Source: the human T2T-CHM13v2.0 reference genome, Homo sapiens. Taken from it: 64,000 bases of DNA. The number at the start of each line of letters is the position of its first letter. The first letter of the stretch is position 1. The translations under genes and the position numbers were made by a program. The notes under the pieces were generated by a model that saw only the letters and a program-made list of their open reading frames with translations, did no database searches and was not told where the DNA came from. The stretch lies in NCBI RefSeq assembly GCF_009914755.1, contig NC_060937.1; one strand, written 5' to 3'. This document shows positions 28,148-41,555 of the stretch, piece after piece.

Positions 28148-28747
<600 letters not shown>

Positions 28748-30886
28748 TTACTGCACCCCTACACACGCTTGTACAGGAGCAGACCATGCCAGCATGAAGA
28801 GGCAACCAACTGGTGTTTTTTTAATGTTAGATAAATAAAGCAGGGTCAACAGAAGCCTCGTGTATTGTGAAGTAATAAATATTCACTAAAATTCAGAACT
28901 TGACAATTAAATATTGACACCTGTGTTCTGGCTCTCACAAAAGATTTAAAATCTCTCAGAGGATTTGTAAGTGGCAAGAGCAAGGAAAGAGGAAAGAGGA
29001 AGGCGTGCAGCCTTAAAGTGAGTTTAGGACAAGCTCAAGTCACCACCCTTAGTGACAGTACCAAAAATAACGTTTTTAAAAAACAAACAAACAACAACAA
29101 AAAACCAGGCTTTGCCACATTATTCCCAGGCCTTACACAGTGGACTTTGTGTACATTCTTGTATTCATTCCTTCAATGACTAGATATTATTCCCATTTTG
29201 CAGATGGGAAAATTGAAACTGAAACCAGTTAAGTAAATTGCCAAACATCCCACAATAAGTAGAGATGCCAGGATTTGAACCATCTTTGTCAGATTCCAGA
29301 ACCTACAGTTCTCAGCCACTATGCTATGCATGGATGAGGGGTGGATGACATCCTGAACAGAACTCTGGCTTTGACAATGAACAGAGGCAGGTTCCTGGCT
29401 ATGCCTCTCCCTGCTTCTCTTCAATCCTCAAGCAAGAAAAGAGCAGGGAGGGATAATTTCTACTTTGCTGGTTTGTTAAAATGTAAGTAATAATATTTTA
29501 AAAGCACCTCCCTCATCAAAGGCACTCAGCCAGTGGTGGCTTGTTAAAACTATTCACCATCACCCTCACTAGAGGTGAGCTGCCAGTAGCAATGATGGCT
29601 GCACATTGCAGCAAGGATCTTCCCAGCAGAAGTGACACCCACTGGCCATGGGGAGCCTGTACCTCTCTGTCTGTCACCTTGCACTTTGTAGGCCTTCCAG
29701 CAGGGTCTGTCTCTGGCCTGAAGGTCCCACGCAACACCACAGACAAGGCAGCAACTGAACACACAAGTCAACCGATGGATCTGAACGACTCGCAGTAACC
29801 CATCAATTCAGTGAAACAACTACTATTGATTTCTGGGGGTTTTCCACCCCACTGGTTGTTTAACTGAATTGATGGGTGTTCTGTGGAATTGATTGCACCA
29901 GCCAGTTCTTTTAGTGTGATAGAGGCAAAACGCTAGTATGTTTCCCAGAAAATGAATGAATCTGCTCGTTAAAGAGAATGTTCTGCCAAATATTTTTTTC
30001 CAATGACAGTGGTTTTCCTTCTCCGCTTCTTCTGCATAGGGATTGGGAAGCATTTAAGGGGCTTTCATTGCATGTCAATATGCTGATAAGCTGGCCCCTT
30101 TCAATTTCCTCACAGTTCTCAGGGACTGATTAGATGCCAGAATGAATCCACCAATCTCCCTCTCTCCACACGCAGACTTTTGCCAGTTCTGAGTCATTGT
30201 GTTTCATATGTTCCCCACCACCCCCACCAATCATGTGCATCAAAGCTGATTTTCCCCACTAAATGAAAATGCAGACTCTTAGGCAAGTCAACAGTATGCC
30301 AACTCTCAGGGCTGATGATTTACACACCTATGATTTATATTTTCTTCCCCGGAGGTTGCTTTTTGTGGATTTCAGACAGCACCACACTTGTTTTCAATGA
30401 CAGTGATTAAAAAAACAGATGTCAGGATGAGGACTAGGGAACAGTGTGGGGGATAGAATGACAAGAAAATAAAGAGGCTGATCAAGAGCAGTCTGAAACC
30501 TTTCCTTGAGTCACTGAGCTTTTATGCTTCCCCCAGCCATGGGGAGAGACAGGCTTTTCCATTTCAGGAAAACATAGATTATAGAAAATATATAGATTAG
30601 AGTTGAATTTTCGTTGACTTTCAAAAAACAATCTCTCTCTTTGGGCTGTTGCCACTGTCATTGTTATTCCACTGCTGTGCTGAGATCTCAGGGTTATTGA
30701 AATTGGTGATGCAAGTAAAATTCTCACATACAATAAAAGAGAAATAGATCCGAAGGACATGGAGTCTCACTCGCCATAAAGCTCCATTAAGTCAGCTGAC
30801 TCCGAATATGCAATGTATATTTTGCATTTTTATGCATTTTATACAGCATGAAGTGTCTCGTTTCTGGCAACTCATATGTAAGACAG

Positions 30887-31241
30887 TGTATTAGTTCATT
30901 TTGACGCTGCTGATAAAGACATACTGAAACTGGGAACAAAAAGAGGTTTAATTGGACTTACAGTTCCACATGGCTAGGGAAACTCTCACAATCATGGCGG
31001 AGGGTGAAAGATACTTCTTACATGGCAGCAGCAAGAGAGAATGAGAGAAGGAGCAAAAGCAGAAACCCCTGATAAACCCATCAGATCTTGTGAGACTTAC
31101 TCACTATCTCGAGAATAGCATGGGAAACACTGGCTCCCATGATTCAATTACCTCCCCCTGGGTCCCTCCCACAACACGTGGGACTTATGTGAGATACAAT
31201 TCAAGTTGAGATTTGGGTGGGGACACAGCCAAACCATATCA
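30887..31241 (-). mobile_element. THE1 (C/D-like) solo LTR
   Basis: TGTATTAGT…CAGCCAAACCATATCA; 5-bp TSD GACAG. Confidence 0.92.
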
Positions 31242-31311
31242 GACAGTATTGACATTAAGGGTCACACAGTGTGGGGTGACACAATGCCAATGTTTAGAAA
31301 TTTGATTTGTG

Positions 31312-31610
<299 letters not shown>

Positions 31611-31779
31611 ATTTGATTTGCTTCTGCATATTGACATACTTTATGGTACACAAAAGATGAGCCAGGAAGCAAGCCTCCCTCATTGAAAACAAATGAGGAA
31701 TTGTGAATTTGACTATAAGGCACTAGAAAGTAGACAATTTCTCAGTGGTACGAGAAGAGCATCCCTCAAAGTGGCAGGT

Positions 31780-32120
31780 ATAAAATAAGTGGGAATACCT
31801 ATAAATGATTAAAAACTCTTAGCAAACTAGAAATATAAAGGAAATTCCTTAACCTGATTTTTTAAATTATCTATTAAAATCCTACAGCAAATGCTATTTC
31901 TAATGGCAATCACTGAAAGTATTCTTTCTGAAATAAAAAACAGGGCAAGGAAACCTGTGACCAGCACCTCTAGCCAACATTGTATTGGAGATCCTGCCAG
32001 CATAGTAAGAAAAAGAAAGAAAACCTACAAAGATTGGAAACAAGAAAAAAAAAAAAACAAAAAACTGCCAGTTGTCGCATTGTCCAAAAAGGAAAACTCA
32101 AGAGATATCTGTAAGTAGAA
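31780..32120 (+). mobile_element. Old L1M ORF2 fragment
   Basis: AAAACTCTTAGCAAACTAGAAATA…TTCCTTAACCTGAT…CCTACAGCAAA motifs. Confidence 0.65.
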
Positions 32121-32424
32121 TTAATAAGAGAGTTCCACACTGCTGTGGAATCTTCAGGACTTTTTTCTTTTTTTTTTTCCAGTTGCACCTAACCCACATA
32201 TACTTAAAAGTAGTTTTTCTCATCAAGACTTTCCTATTTAGTTTTCAAAGAAATAACAACTTCACTAATTCATATAACATTTCCCTAAATCATAATTTTA
32301 TTGTTAAGTATAACTGTCATTAACAGATTTTGGTCCAAACACAACTAACTCCTACTAAGTATGCTGCTAAAGTGATAGAAGCAGAAATGCATGGATGTAT
32401 GAGCCTCAGCTATTGCTTATATGA

Positions 32425-32765
32425 AGCATGTCTTTTTAGCTAATGTTTTGACCCATGAGGGCCTTACCCACCCTGGAGAAACTGGATTCCTAGGGCTAGT
32501 CAATTCCCAGAGATGGTACTATGAGTGCCCTTTCATACACAAACCAACCAATCCAGAGCCCACTCCTCTCCCACCTCTTCTATCAGGCTCTTACACTCGA
32601 GGCCAATATTCCCTTGCCTAATCATCCCAGGACCAGGTGTCAGACAATTCAGGAAAGCCCCTACATCCCAGGGCCTGCTGAAATTATTCTAACTAGTCGA
32701 TCCTAAGCTTGCTTACCTTGCCTCATCCATTCCTTCCCATGGAAACTACAATAAAGGTTCTTGCC
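32425..32765 (+). mobile_element. ERVL LTR (MER74/LTR47-like), 3'-truncated against the RPL5 retrocopy
   Basis: CAAACCAACCAATCCAGAGCCC…GGAAACTACAATAAAGGTTCTTGCC; stops just after AATAAA. Confidence 0.65.
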
Positions 32766-33453
32766 TTGCAAGCATCTTCCATTAGGTAATGCACGTTGCA
32801 GAATCTGCAACATTCTGACCCATGATGTGCTTCTGATGCATTTCAGCATTAAGCTCCTTGATTTCAGAACCATAACCAGGGAATCGTTAGGCACTGTGAG
32901 GGATAGAGAAACCTCCATCCACAGCACTCTCAGAGCCCCAAAAACTTTATTGTCAGTGGTGGTTCTGGCAAGGCCTGCATCCAAACAGCAGGTAAAGGCA
33001 CCTGGCTGACCATCAGTGCTTCCCACGTTGTATTCATCTCTGGTTACCTCCACTTGGCCTTTATAGATCTTGTCCATGCCAAACCTACTGAGAAGCCTGC
33101 ATGCCAGCAGCAGGCCAGTACAACATGCTGCAGCGTCATTTGTCAGGCCAACCTTTACACCGTATTTTGGAAGTTCGTGTGCATAAGCTGCACAGACTAT
33201 CATGTCCCATTCTATATGGGCATAAGCCATCTCACAAATGGTATCTGTATTTATCACACAAATAATCATTCTGTATTTGTGTGTGTTAGACTTATTTTTA
33301 TCCTGTACCACTAAGTGTTTCCAAGCATAGTAATCAGTTTTACCCTCACACTGTCTTCTAAATGTCACTTGGTATCTCTTACAGTAGGCCTTATACTTGA
33401 CAACTTTAACAAACCCCACCCTGCGGAACAGACCCATGTCCACAGCTCAGCAC
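32766..33453 (-). pseudogene. RPL5P31: Processed pseudogene of ribosomal protein L5 (uL18); symbol RPL5P31 assigned from memory of the locus
   Basis: Intronless [11 protein letters not shown]…EGKTDYYA…[20 protein letters not shown]…[19 protein letters not shown]…VFGAL matches RPL5; 5'UTR remnant CTGTTCCGCAGG; start ATG>GTG (33419); 1-nt frameshift near 32930; C-terminal part and poly(A) missing. Confidence 0.95.
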
Positions 33454-34448
33454 TGACTACTAGGAACTGGAATGTACTCAAATTCTCCACCTTGTCATAT
33501 ACTTTTGACATTCTCCATCTTGTCATATGCTTTTTTGAATATCAGTCACTCAATTTGAAGTCTATGTCTGATAACTCCAACATCAGAGAAACCTGTGAGT
33601 GTTTTTAGTTTGTCTATTTTATTTTTTCCCTTGGTCTTGTTTATTAGTATCCCCGGTAATTTTTGTTGGATACTGGACATCATCTTTGAAAAGTTACAGA
33701 GGTTCTGGATGATATCTCTCTCCCTTCATTACTGGTTCAAAAGAGGATTTGCTCTGTCCTCTGGAAGCTGGCAAAGAAGGAGATCACCTAAATGCAACCG
33801 GGCTGTGAGCAAGCCGAGGCTCAATGCGATATTTGAATACCTTGATCCATTCCTGGTTCATACCTTCTCCTGAAGCACAGCACTGCAGAAGTTCTGACTT
33901 AATGCCTGGAGTGCTTCCCAGGGCCTCTCCTCTTGGGTAGATCCCACACTTTAATATTGTGCTTCCCTAGCACCGTGAGTCTACCAGAAACCCTGCTCCA
34001 CTGCAGCTGCTTTGCACTTGGCTTTGTGGCTCTCCTCACGAACAGCTTAAGTAACATATATTGAGGGAAAACTGATATTAAGCAAGGCTACTCCTTCACA
34101 CTTCCTTTCTCTCTGAAATCTTCACCCATCAAGTCCTAGCTTTAAGTCCTTACTGACCCCAAATTCCAATTTCTGCCTCCCAAACCCCTTGAGGTTGAGG
34201 AAACCTCAGCTGGCTTCACCCCTGCTCAGGGGCCAGCAAATGTCCCCCAAGGTAAGCAGCATGCAGAACCTGGTCTAACCTCAAAGAACATTTCTGCTGC
34301 CTATGATCTTACCCTTCAAATATAGGCAGCCTCCATCATTCACGTATGCCTTTAATTTTATATTTTACTTTCTCCAGCTTTTCTAGTTTCTCTCAGAGGA
34401 AGCATCAGTCTGTTACATGATATTTCATCATAGTCAGAAGGTGAGGTC

Positions 34449-34895
34449 TGTTGTGCCAGACCCCTACTGACTCCAGCAGGGATGGCACGATGTCCCAGAG
34501 GTCAAAGAAGAGACCCAGGGCCAACAAAGGAGACCCAGGGTGTTTTGAGGACTTACATACATGGCAGTCCAGGAGCAGTGAGCAGACAGAAAAACCACTA
34601 CTGTTTGTAAAAAGCATGCAGTTTCTATAGTATTTTCACTTAGCAAACTCCACCTACCAACCCACACCTAGCAGCCTCCCTTTAACCCACAATAAAGGGC
34701 CTCAATCCCCTGTATGACCTGCATTCCAAGGAATGGGCCAGGGGTTCGGATGTCCTTCATAGATAAGGAGTGAATCTCCAGGCTGGCCCCTGCTGGGTTC
34801 CTTAGCTCCAAACTCTGAACTCACATTCTTCTTAGACCATAGGATTATTCTCAGGGTATGCTTGAGTTATTGCTGTCAGATGTGTCTGCCATACA
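34449..34895 (-). mobile_element. LTR32 (ERVL) solo LTR
   Basis: Reverse strand begins TGTATGGCAGACACATCTGACAGCAATAAC; TSD AGGTC/AAGTC. Confidence 0.8.
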
Positions 34896-35459
34896 AAGTC
34901 CCACTGGGGACACATAGAAGGATGGGTACTAAGCAGTGAGAGTAAAACTAAAATGAAACACCGCAAGTGTTTAGTGGAATAGAGTCATAAGAACAGGAGA
35001 ATGAAGGAATTCAGAATGGCAACAAGCAAACGGCAGGAGAGATGAGTCATGGGATATAGGATGTCTAGAAAGTGTTGAGGACAGAAAAGCATTGAAAGAA
35101 AAACAGGGGCAAAGAGTTGTAAGCCAATAATGATGCTGGCCTTTCTCTAAACTGCTCTGTGTAATATACTTATCCACCAAATCGCCACACAGGCAGCGTA
35201 CGGCTAGCGCTCAACTCAATGGATTACGTTCCAAAACTTCAAAATTGAAGTCATGTCTACTGATATGAAGTGTGGCTAGAAAGTATCTTAGACATGTGAT
35301 CATGACATGCTTCCCCACTGGACTGTAAGCTCCACTAAGGGAGAGACCTTGTGTGGCTTGTTCACCATTGCCTCATCAGCCCCTAGCCTAATGCTCTGCA
35401 CAAGTAGGCATGTTCAAAGTCTTTTTACTGAATAATGCACCATTAAAAACATAAATAAC

Positions 35460-35762
35460 AGCCAGGCACAGTGGCTCATGCCTGAAACCACAGCACTTTG
35501 GGAAGTTGACGCGGGAGGATCACTGGAAGCCAGGAGTTCAAGACCAGCCTAGGCAACATAGTGAGACCCCCATCTCTACAAAAAATTTAAAAATTAGCCA
35601 GGAGTAGCACACGCCTATAGTCCTAGCTATTCAGGAGGCCGAAGTAGGAGGATTCCTTGAACCCAGGAGTTCAAGGCTGTAATAAGCTATGATTGCACCA
35701 CTGCGCTCCAGCCTGGGTGACAATGCAAGACCCTGTCTCTAAAAATATGTAAATAAATAAAA
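35460..35762 (+). mobile_element. AluJ
   Basis: J-type dimer; TSD AAAAAC(A/C)T(A/G)AATAACA. Confidence 0.92.
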
Positions 35763-36114
35763 ACCTGAATAACAATTTTTGAAAACCACGAAATTATTTA
35801 GAACCTAGATGTACACTGAAAGTGGAGACAGCGAAGCAAAATTTCATGCTACGGGACATGAGGGGAAAAGATGGATTGAGGATGACATTAGCCAGAGCAA
35901 TTGAAAGAATGGATTTGACATGGACTGAGATGAGGAAAGATGTGGGTGTTGCAGGTTTGAAGAGGGTCCAGATAAGAGTTTGGCTTTACATACGCTGACT
36001 TGGAGATATCCATTAGGGATCCAAGTTGAGATGTCCATAAGCAGAGAGATGAGTCCACAGTCTTTAGCATATGATGGCACTGAAAGCCTTGGAACTGAGT
36101 AAGATCATTACAGG

Positions 36115-36532
36115 TGTGCTGACTATCCTCCCTTTGCCTCCCTGTTGCCATGTTCCATCCTCCTATCCTTCTCTATCCTGGCTTATTTGGACTCTGTCAG
36201 TGAGATTTCTGCCTTCTATTCGGGTTCAGCCAATGGGAGCATGAGCAAGAGATCAAAGACCCAGACCCTCCTGGCTGAGCTGCCTTATGCTGACTCTGTC
36301 CCTGTATCAAAAGCTATAGCTCCCACCAGCCAGCTCACAATTTCTGTTACCCTTTTTCAGTTAAAGTAGCCACTCTTCTTCTAGCCCCTTCAGGCTCTCC
36401 ACTGTTTCTAGCTCCAGATACTGCATTATCTATTGTTAGTGTGTTTCAATTGTACTCACATTTATAAAATGCCCCATTATCATACTCTCCTCAAATTACC
36501 CAGGTATTTCCTACTGGGGCCCTGACTAATGC
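36115..36532 (+). mobile_element. LTR33-like ERVL LTR inserted in an L2 (L2 at ~35860-36110 and ~36535-36830)
   Basis: Ends GGGGCCCTGACTAATGCA; L2-type motifs flank both sides. Confidence 0.6.
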
Positions 36533-37297
36533 AGGAAGAAGACACAGATATAAACCCAGGGACTAGGACCTGGGCAGTCAACTTAAGAGTTTGGGAAGAA
36601 GAGCCGGAGCAAGTAAAGGAGAACAACCAAGGATGTAAGAGACAACGTAAGAAGATGCGGACCCCAGGTGAAGAAAGCTTCTCCAGAGGGATGACCAGCA
36701 GTGTTGATGGTGTAGATAGGTCATGTGAGATGAGGACCCACTGAGAATATGCCACTGGCTTAGCAACATGGGAGTACTGATCACCTTGACAAGAGCAATT
36801 TTGGTGGGATGCTGATGGAATGTTTCCACATACAGTGGTTACAGATAGAAAACGAGAGGAGATTCTGCTGATCTCTTCCCAATGATAATAAGTAATCATA
36901 TTTTCTGGAAAATGAGATATAAAACTATATTTAAGGTATATTTTTAATCGGCATAGCACTATGCAAATGTAGAGACTCCCAAATAATAATGACAGCCACC
37001 ATTAAACAAGTACCAAGAGCCAGGCTCAGGGCCAGATGTTTTGCATATATTGTCTTACTTAATCTTCATAGTCATCCCATGAGACAGAATTATTATTCCC
37101 ATGTAATTGATTCATTTGATAGTTATTTACTGAATACCTACTATGGACTAAGTACTGCTCTAACTTACATAACATCAGTTATCCAAAGGGAAAAATTAAT
37201 CTGCTTTAATGAACTTACTTTCTGGTGGTAAGGTTCAAATAAGGAACTGCAACATGGAGAAGTCATGTAATTTTTTCCAAGTTCAAAAAGCCAGGAA

Positions 37298-37675
37298 GTG
37301 GCACATATACACCATGGAATACTATGCAGCCATAAAAAATGATGAGTTCATGTCCTTTGTAGGGACATGGATGAAATTGGAAACCATCATTCTCAGTAAA
37401 CTATCGCAAGAACAAAAAAACCAAACACCGCATATTCTCACTCATAGGTGGGAATTGAACAATGAGATCACATGGACACAGGAAGGGGAACATCACACTC
37501 TGGGGACTGTGGTGGGGTGGGGGGAGGGGGGAGGGATAGCATTGGGAGATATACCTAATGCTAGATGACGAGTTAGTGGGTGCAGCACACCAGCATGGCA
37601 CATGTATACATATGTAACTAACCTGCACAATGTGCACATGTACCCTAAAACTTAAAGTATTAAAAAAAAAAAAAA
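37298..37675 (+). mobile_element. Young 5'-truncated L1 (L1PA2-type) 3' end
   Basis: Near-consensus 3'UTR, GAG at the Ta/pre-Ta diagnostic site (GATGACGAGTTAG), poly(A), 15-bp TSD AAAAAGCCAGGAAGT. Confidence 0.92.
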
Positions 37676-37868
37676 GCCAGGAAGTAGAGGACCTGGAATT
37701 TGAATAAAACACTGTTCTTTCCGGTACATTTTTGACTTTGAAATAGCATACCAACAAATTTACAATCTCAAGGTTGTCTAAAAAATCAGGGATGACTTTA
37801 AGCTTTCTGTAGAATAAAGATGATTTCCAGGGCAAGTCTCAATTCCATATTCAAATATGAAACATCTA

Positions 37869-38325
<457 letters not shown>

Positions 38326-39387
38326 TCAAACACTCTCTCTCTTACACATACACATGCTTTTATATAAACCTATCTGGGAGGGGAAGAGGAAGGGAGAGTG
38401 ACCCTGGCATTGTATGTCTTGGACAAGTCAGAAGAAGGGGGGATTTCTAGAAGAAAGCACACACAAGCACCTTCTAAAGCTGAAAAGCCCTGTTTAGATA
38501 TTTGTCTAACAACAATAGGTACAAAGCCCATGACTCAAGGATTCCCCAGATCCCTCCCAAAAACAGAGCCTAAGGAGTCAGCCATTGAAAACCTGGACCT
38601 TACCTTCCAGCAATGGCACAGGGTCCCTGATGGTGGTGCGGGGAGTGCTGGGTGCATGGGAGGGAGAAATACCCTTGCTCACAGAGACTGCAAGTCTCTT
38701 TGTGATACAAAATGACAGGAAAGTGACAAATAGCCTTTAATTCCATTTTCATGATTTAAAAAGTCTCAGGGCTCCATTTATTTATTTTTAATCTTCTGGG
38801 TGGGTGTGTCTTTTCTATCAGGATAAATGCCTGATTGGGCCTCGGCTAATCAACTCTAGCGGTTTCTGATTCTACCCAGGTATGATGGAAGATAACATAT
38901 GTGTCTAACTTGATTGCCAGGCTTTGGTTGTATTGTACATCCTGCTGCCTTGTGGCTTTTACCTTTAATCTCTGTGAGCTCTGTATGCTCAGAGAATCTT
39001 TCAAAATCATTTATCTTAAGCTATCCAGCTGCTGCCTCTCAGTGTGTATGTCCGGCCAGAAGATGAAATTCCCATGAGCAAATGTGGGCTCTAAGCCCTC
39101 AGTGGCTATACAACACAGCCTTCCTGATAGACTCTCCAGAGTTTCATATTTTCTAGAAAGGAGAAGAAAAAAGGGACACTTCATTGTTGACCACCTACTA
39201 TGTACCAGATGCTCCAACAGACACCTTATAAGCATTACTCCCCATTTATGGTCTCTTTTTCACAGACAAGAAAATGTGCCAAAGGAAAGCCCAGTTTGCA
39301 AGAAGCAAAGCCAAGATTTAAACCTAGTTTAGACTGTCAGTTGCATAAATCGGAGGTGCAGTTTCTCACTGTCTGGTAAAGTCTTAT

Positions 39388-39752
39388 GTGCCAGAGATTG
39401 CTAGCTATCTCCTAGTAACTGTTGTCCCTTCTCTCTCAATTTCAGCTGAACAAATAGTTTCTCCAAATAAAGGCTATATGTCCCAGCCTCCTTTGCAACA
39501 TGGCGTTGTCATGCAGCAAAGTTCTGACAAGTGGGAAGTAGTTGGAAGTGGTGAGCTTCTTCTAAGTTGCCCCATTAAAAGGAAAGGGCTTTCTTCCCCT
39601 GCCCACTGGCATCTTAGGCAAAAATGATGAGTTATTTCGGACTATGTAGATAAAGGCAACTCCCTACAGAGAGGAAGCAATAATGCAGAATGGGTCCCCA
39701 TCACCAATGACATGAAGCCATCCTACCAATCCTGGGCTGCTTACATACCAAC
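39388..39752 (+). mobile_element. Old MLT1 LTR (host of the MST provirus; continues ~47217-47310)
   Basis: TCCCAGCCTCCTTTGCA…; AGAGAAAGAAATCTCTATCTTGTTTAA after the MST. Confidence 0.6.
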
Positions 39753-41405
39753 TAATATGGTTTGAATGTCTGTCCCCACCCAAATCCCACATCAAATGGT
39801 AATCCCCAATGTTGGAGGAGGGGTCAGGTGGGAGGTGATTGGATCATGGGGGCAGACTTTCCCCTTGCTGTTCTCATATTAGTGAGTGAGTTCTCATGAG
39901 ATCTAGTTGTTGAAAAGTGTGTGGCACCTCCCTGCTCTCTCTCTCTTCCTCCTTCTCTCGCCATCTAAGATAAGCCTCTTTCCTCTTTGCCTTCCGCCAT
40001 AATTGTAAGTTTCCTGAGGCCTCACCAGCCATGTTTCCTGTACAGCCTGTGGAACTGTGAGCCAATTAAACCTCTTTGCTTTATAAATAACCCAGTTTCG
40101 GGTGGTTCTTTGTAGCAAAGCGAGAACAGACTAATATAGAAAATTGGTACTTAGGAGTGGGGCATTGCTATGAGATATCTGCAAATGTGGAAACAACATT
40201 GGAACTTGGTTTAACAAGCAGAGATTAGAACAGTTTAGAGGGCTCAGAAGAAGACAGGAAGATGAGGGAAAGTTTGGAACTTCCTAGAGACTTGTTAAAT
40301 TGTTGTGCCCAAAATACTGACAGTGCTATGGACAACGAAATCCAGGCTGAAGAGGTCTCAGATGGAGATGAGGAATTTATTGAGAACCAGAGCCAAAGTC
40401 ACTTTTGTTATGCAGGAGCAAACAGATGATCTGAAACTGGAAGCAGAGTGTAAAAGTTTGGAAAATTTGTAGCCCAGCTATGTGGTAGAAAAGAAAAACC
40501 CATTTTCTGTGGAGGAATTCAAGCCAGCTGCAGAAATTTGCATATGTAAAGAGGAGCCAAATGTTGATAGCCAACATAATAGGGAAAATGCCTCAAAGGC
40601 ATTTCAGAGGTCTTTGCAGCAGCCCCTCCCATCCCAGGCCTGGAGGCCCACAAGGAAAGAATAGTTTTGTGGGCCAGGACCAAGGTCCGGCCACTCTGTG
40701 CAGCCTGGGGACATGGTGCCCTGAATCCTGGCTGCCCCGAATCCTGGCTGCCCCAGCTCCAGCCATGGCTAAAAGGGGCCAAGGTATAGCTCAGGCAGAG
40801 GGTGCCAGCCATAAGCCTTGGCAGCTTCCATGTGGTGTTAAGCCTGCAAGTACACAGAGTGTGAGAGTTGAAGCTTGGAAGCCTCTGCCTAGATTTCAGA
40901 GGATGTGTGGAAATCCTTGAATGTCCAGGAAGATTGCTGCAGGGGTGGAGTCTGTCAGGCCTCTGAGCCCAAGCCAAGCCATCGCATCCCCTGTGACTTG
41001 CATGTATACGCCCAGATGGCCTGAAGTAACTGAAGAATCACAAAAGAAGTGAATATGCCTTGCCCCACCTTAACTGATGACATTCCACCACAAAAGAAGT
41101 GTAAATGGCCGGTCCTTGCCTTAACTGATGACACTACCTTGTGAAAGTCCTTTTCCTGGCTCATCCTGGCTCAAAAAGCACCCCCACTGAGCACCTTGCG
41201 ATCCCCACTCCTACCCGCCAGAGAACAAACCCCCTTTGACTGTAATTTTCCTTTACCTACCCAAATCCTATAAAACGGCCCCACCCTTATCTCCGTTTGC
41301 TGACTCTTTTCGGACTCAGCCTGCCTGCACCCAGGTGAAATAAACAGCCATGTTGCTCACACAAAGCCTGTTTGGTGGTCTCTTCACACGGACGCACATG
41401 AAGTT

Positions 41406-41423
41406 TGGTGCCATGACTCGGAT
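41406..41423 (+). promoter_or_regulatory. tRNA-His primer binding site of HERV-H
   Basis: TGGTGCCATGACTCGGAT, one mismatch to TGGTGCCGTGACTCGGAT. Confidence 0.9.
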
Positions 41424-41545
41424 CGGGGGACCTCCCTTGGGAGATCAATCCCCTGTCCTCCTGCTCTTTGCTCCGTGAGAAACATCCACCTACGACCTCA
41501 GGTCCTCAGACCGACCGGCCCAAGAAACATCTCACCAATTTCGAA

Positions 41546-41555
41546 TCCGGTAAGC
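41546..41555 (+). promoter_or_regulatory. HERV-H leader 5' splice donor
   Basis: TCCG|GTAAGC about 150 nt downstream of the 5' LTR. Confidence 0.7.

Noticed and set aside
37209-37835. 119-aa and 144-aa ORFs
   Set aside because: Sense and antisense readings of the L1PA2 ORF2 tail and 3'UTR
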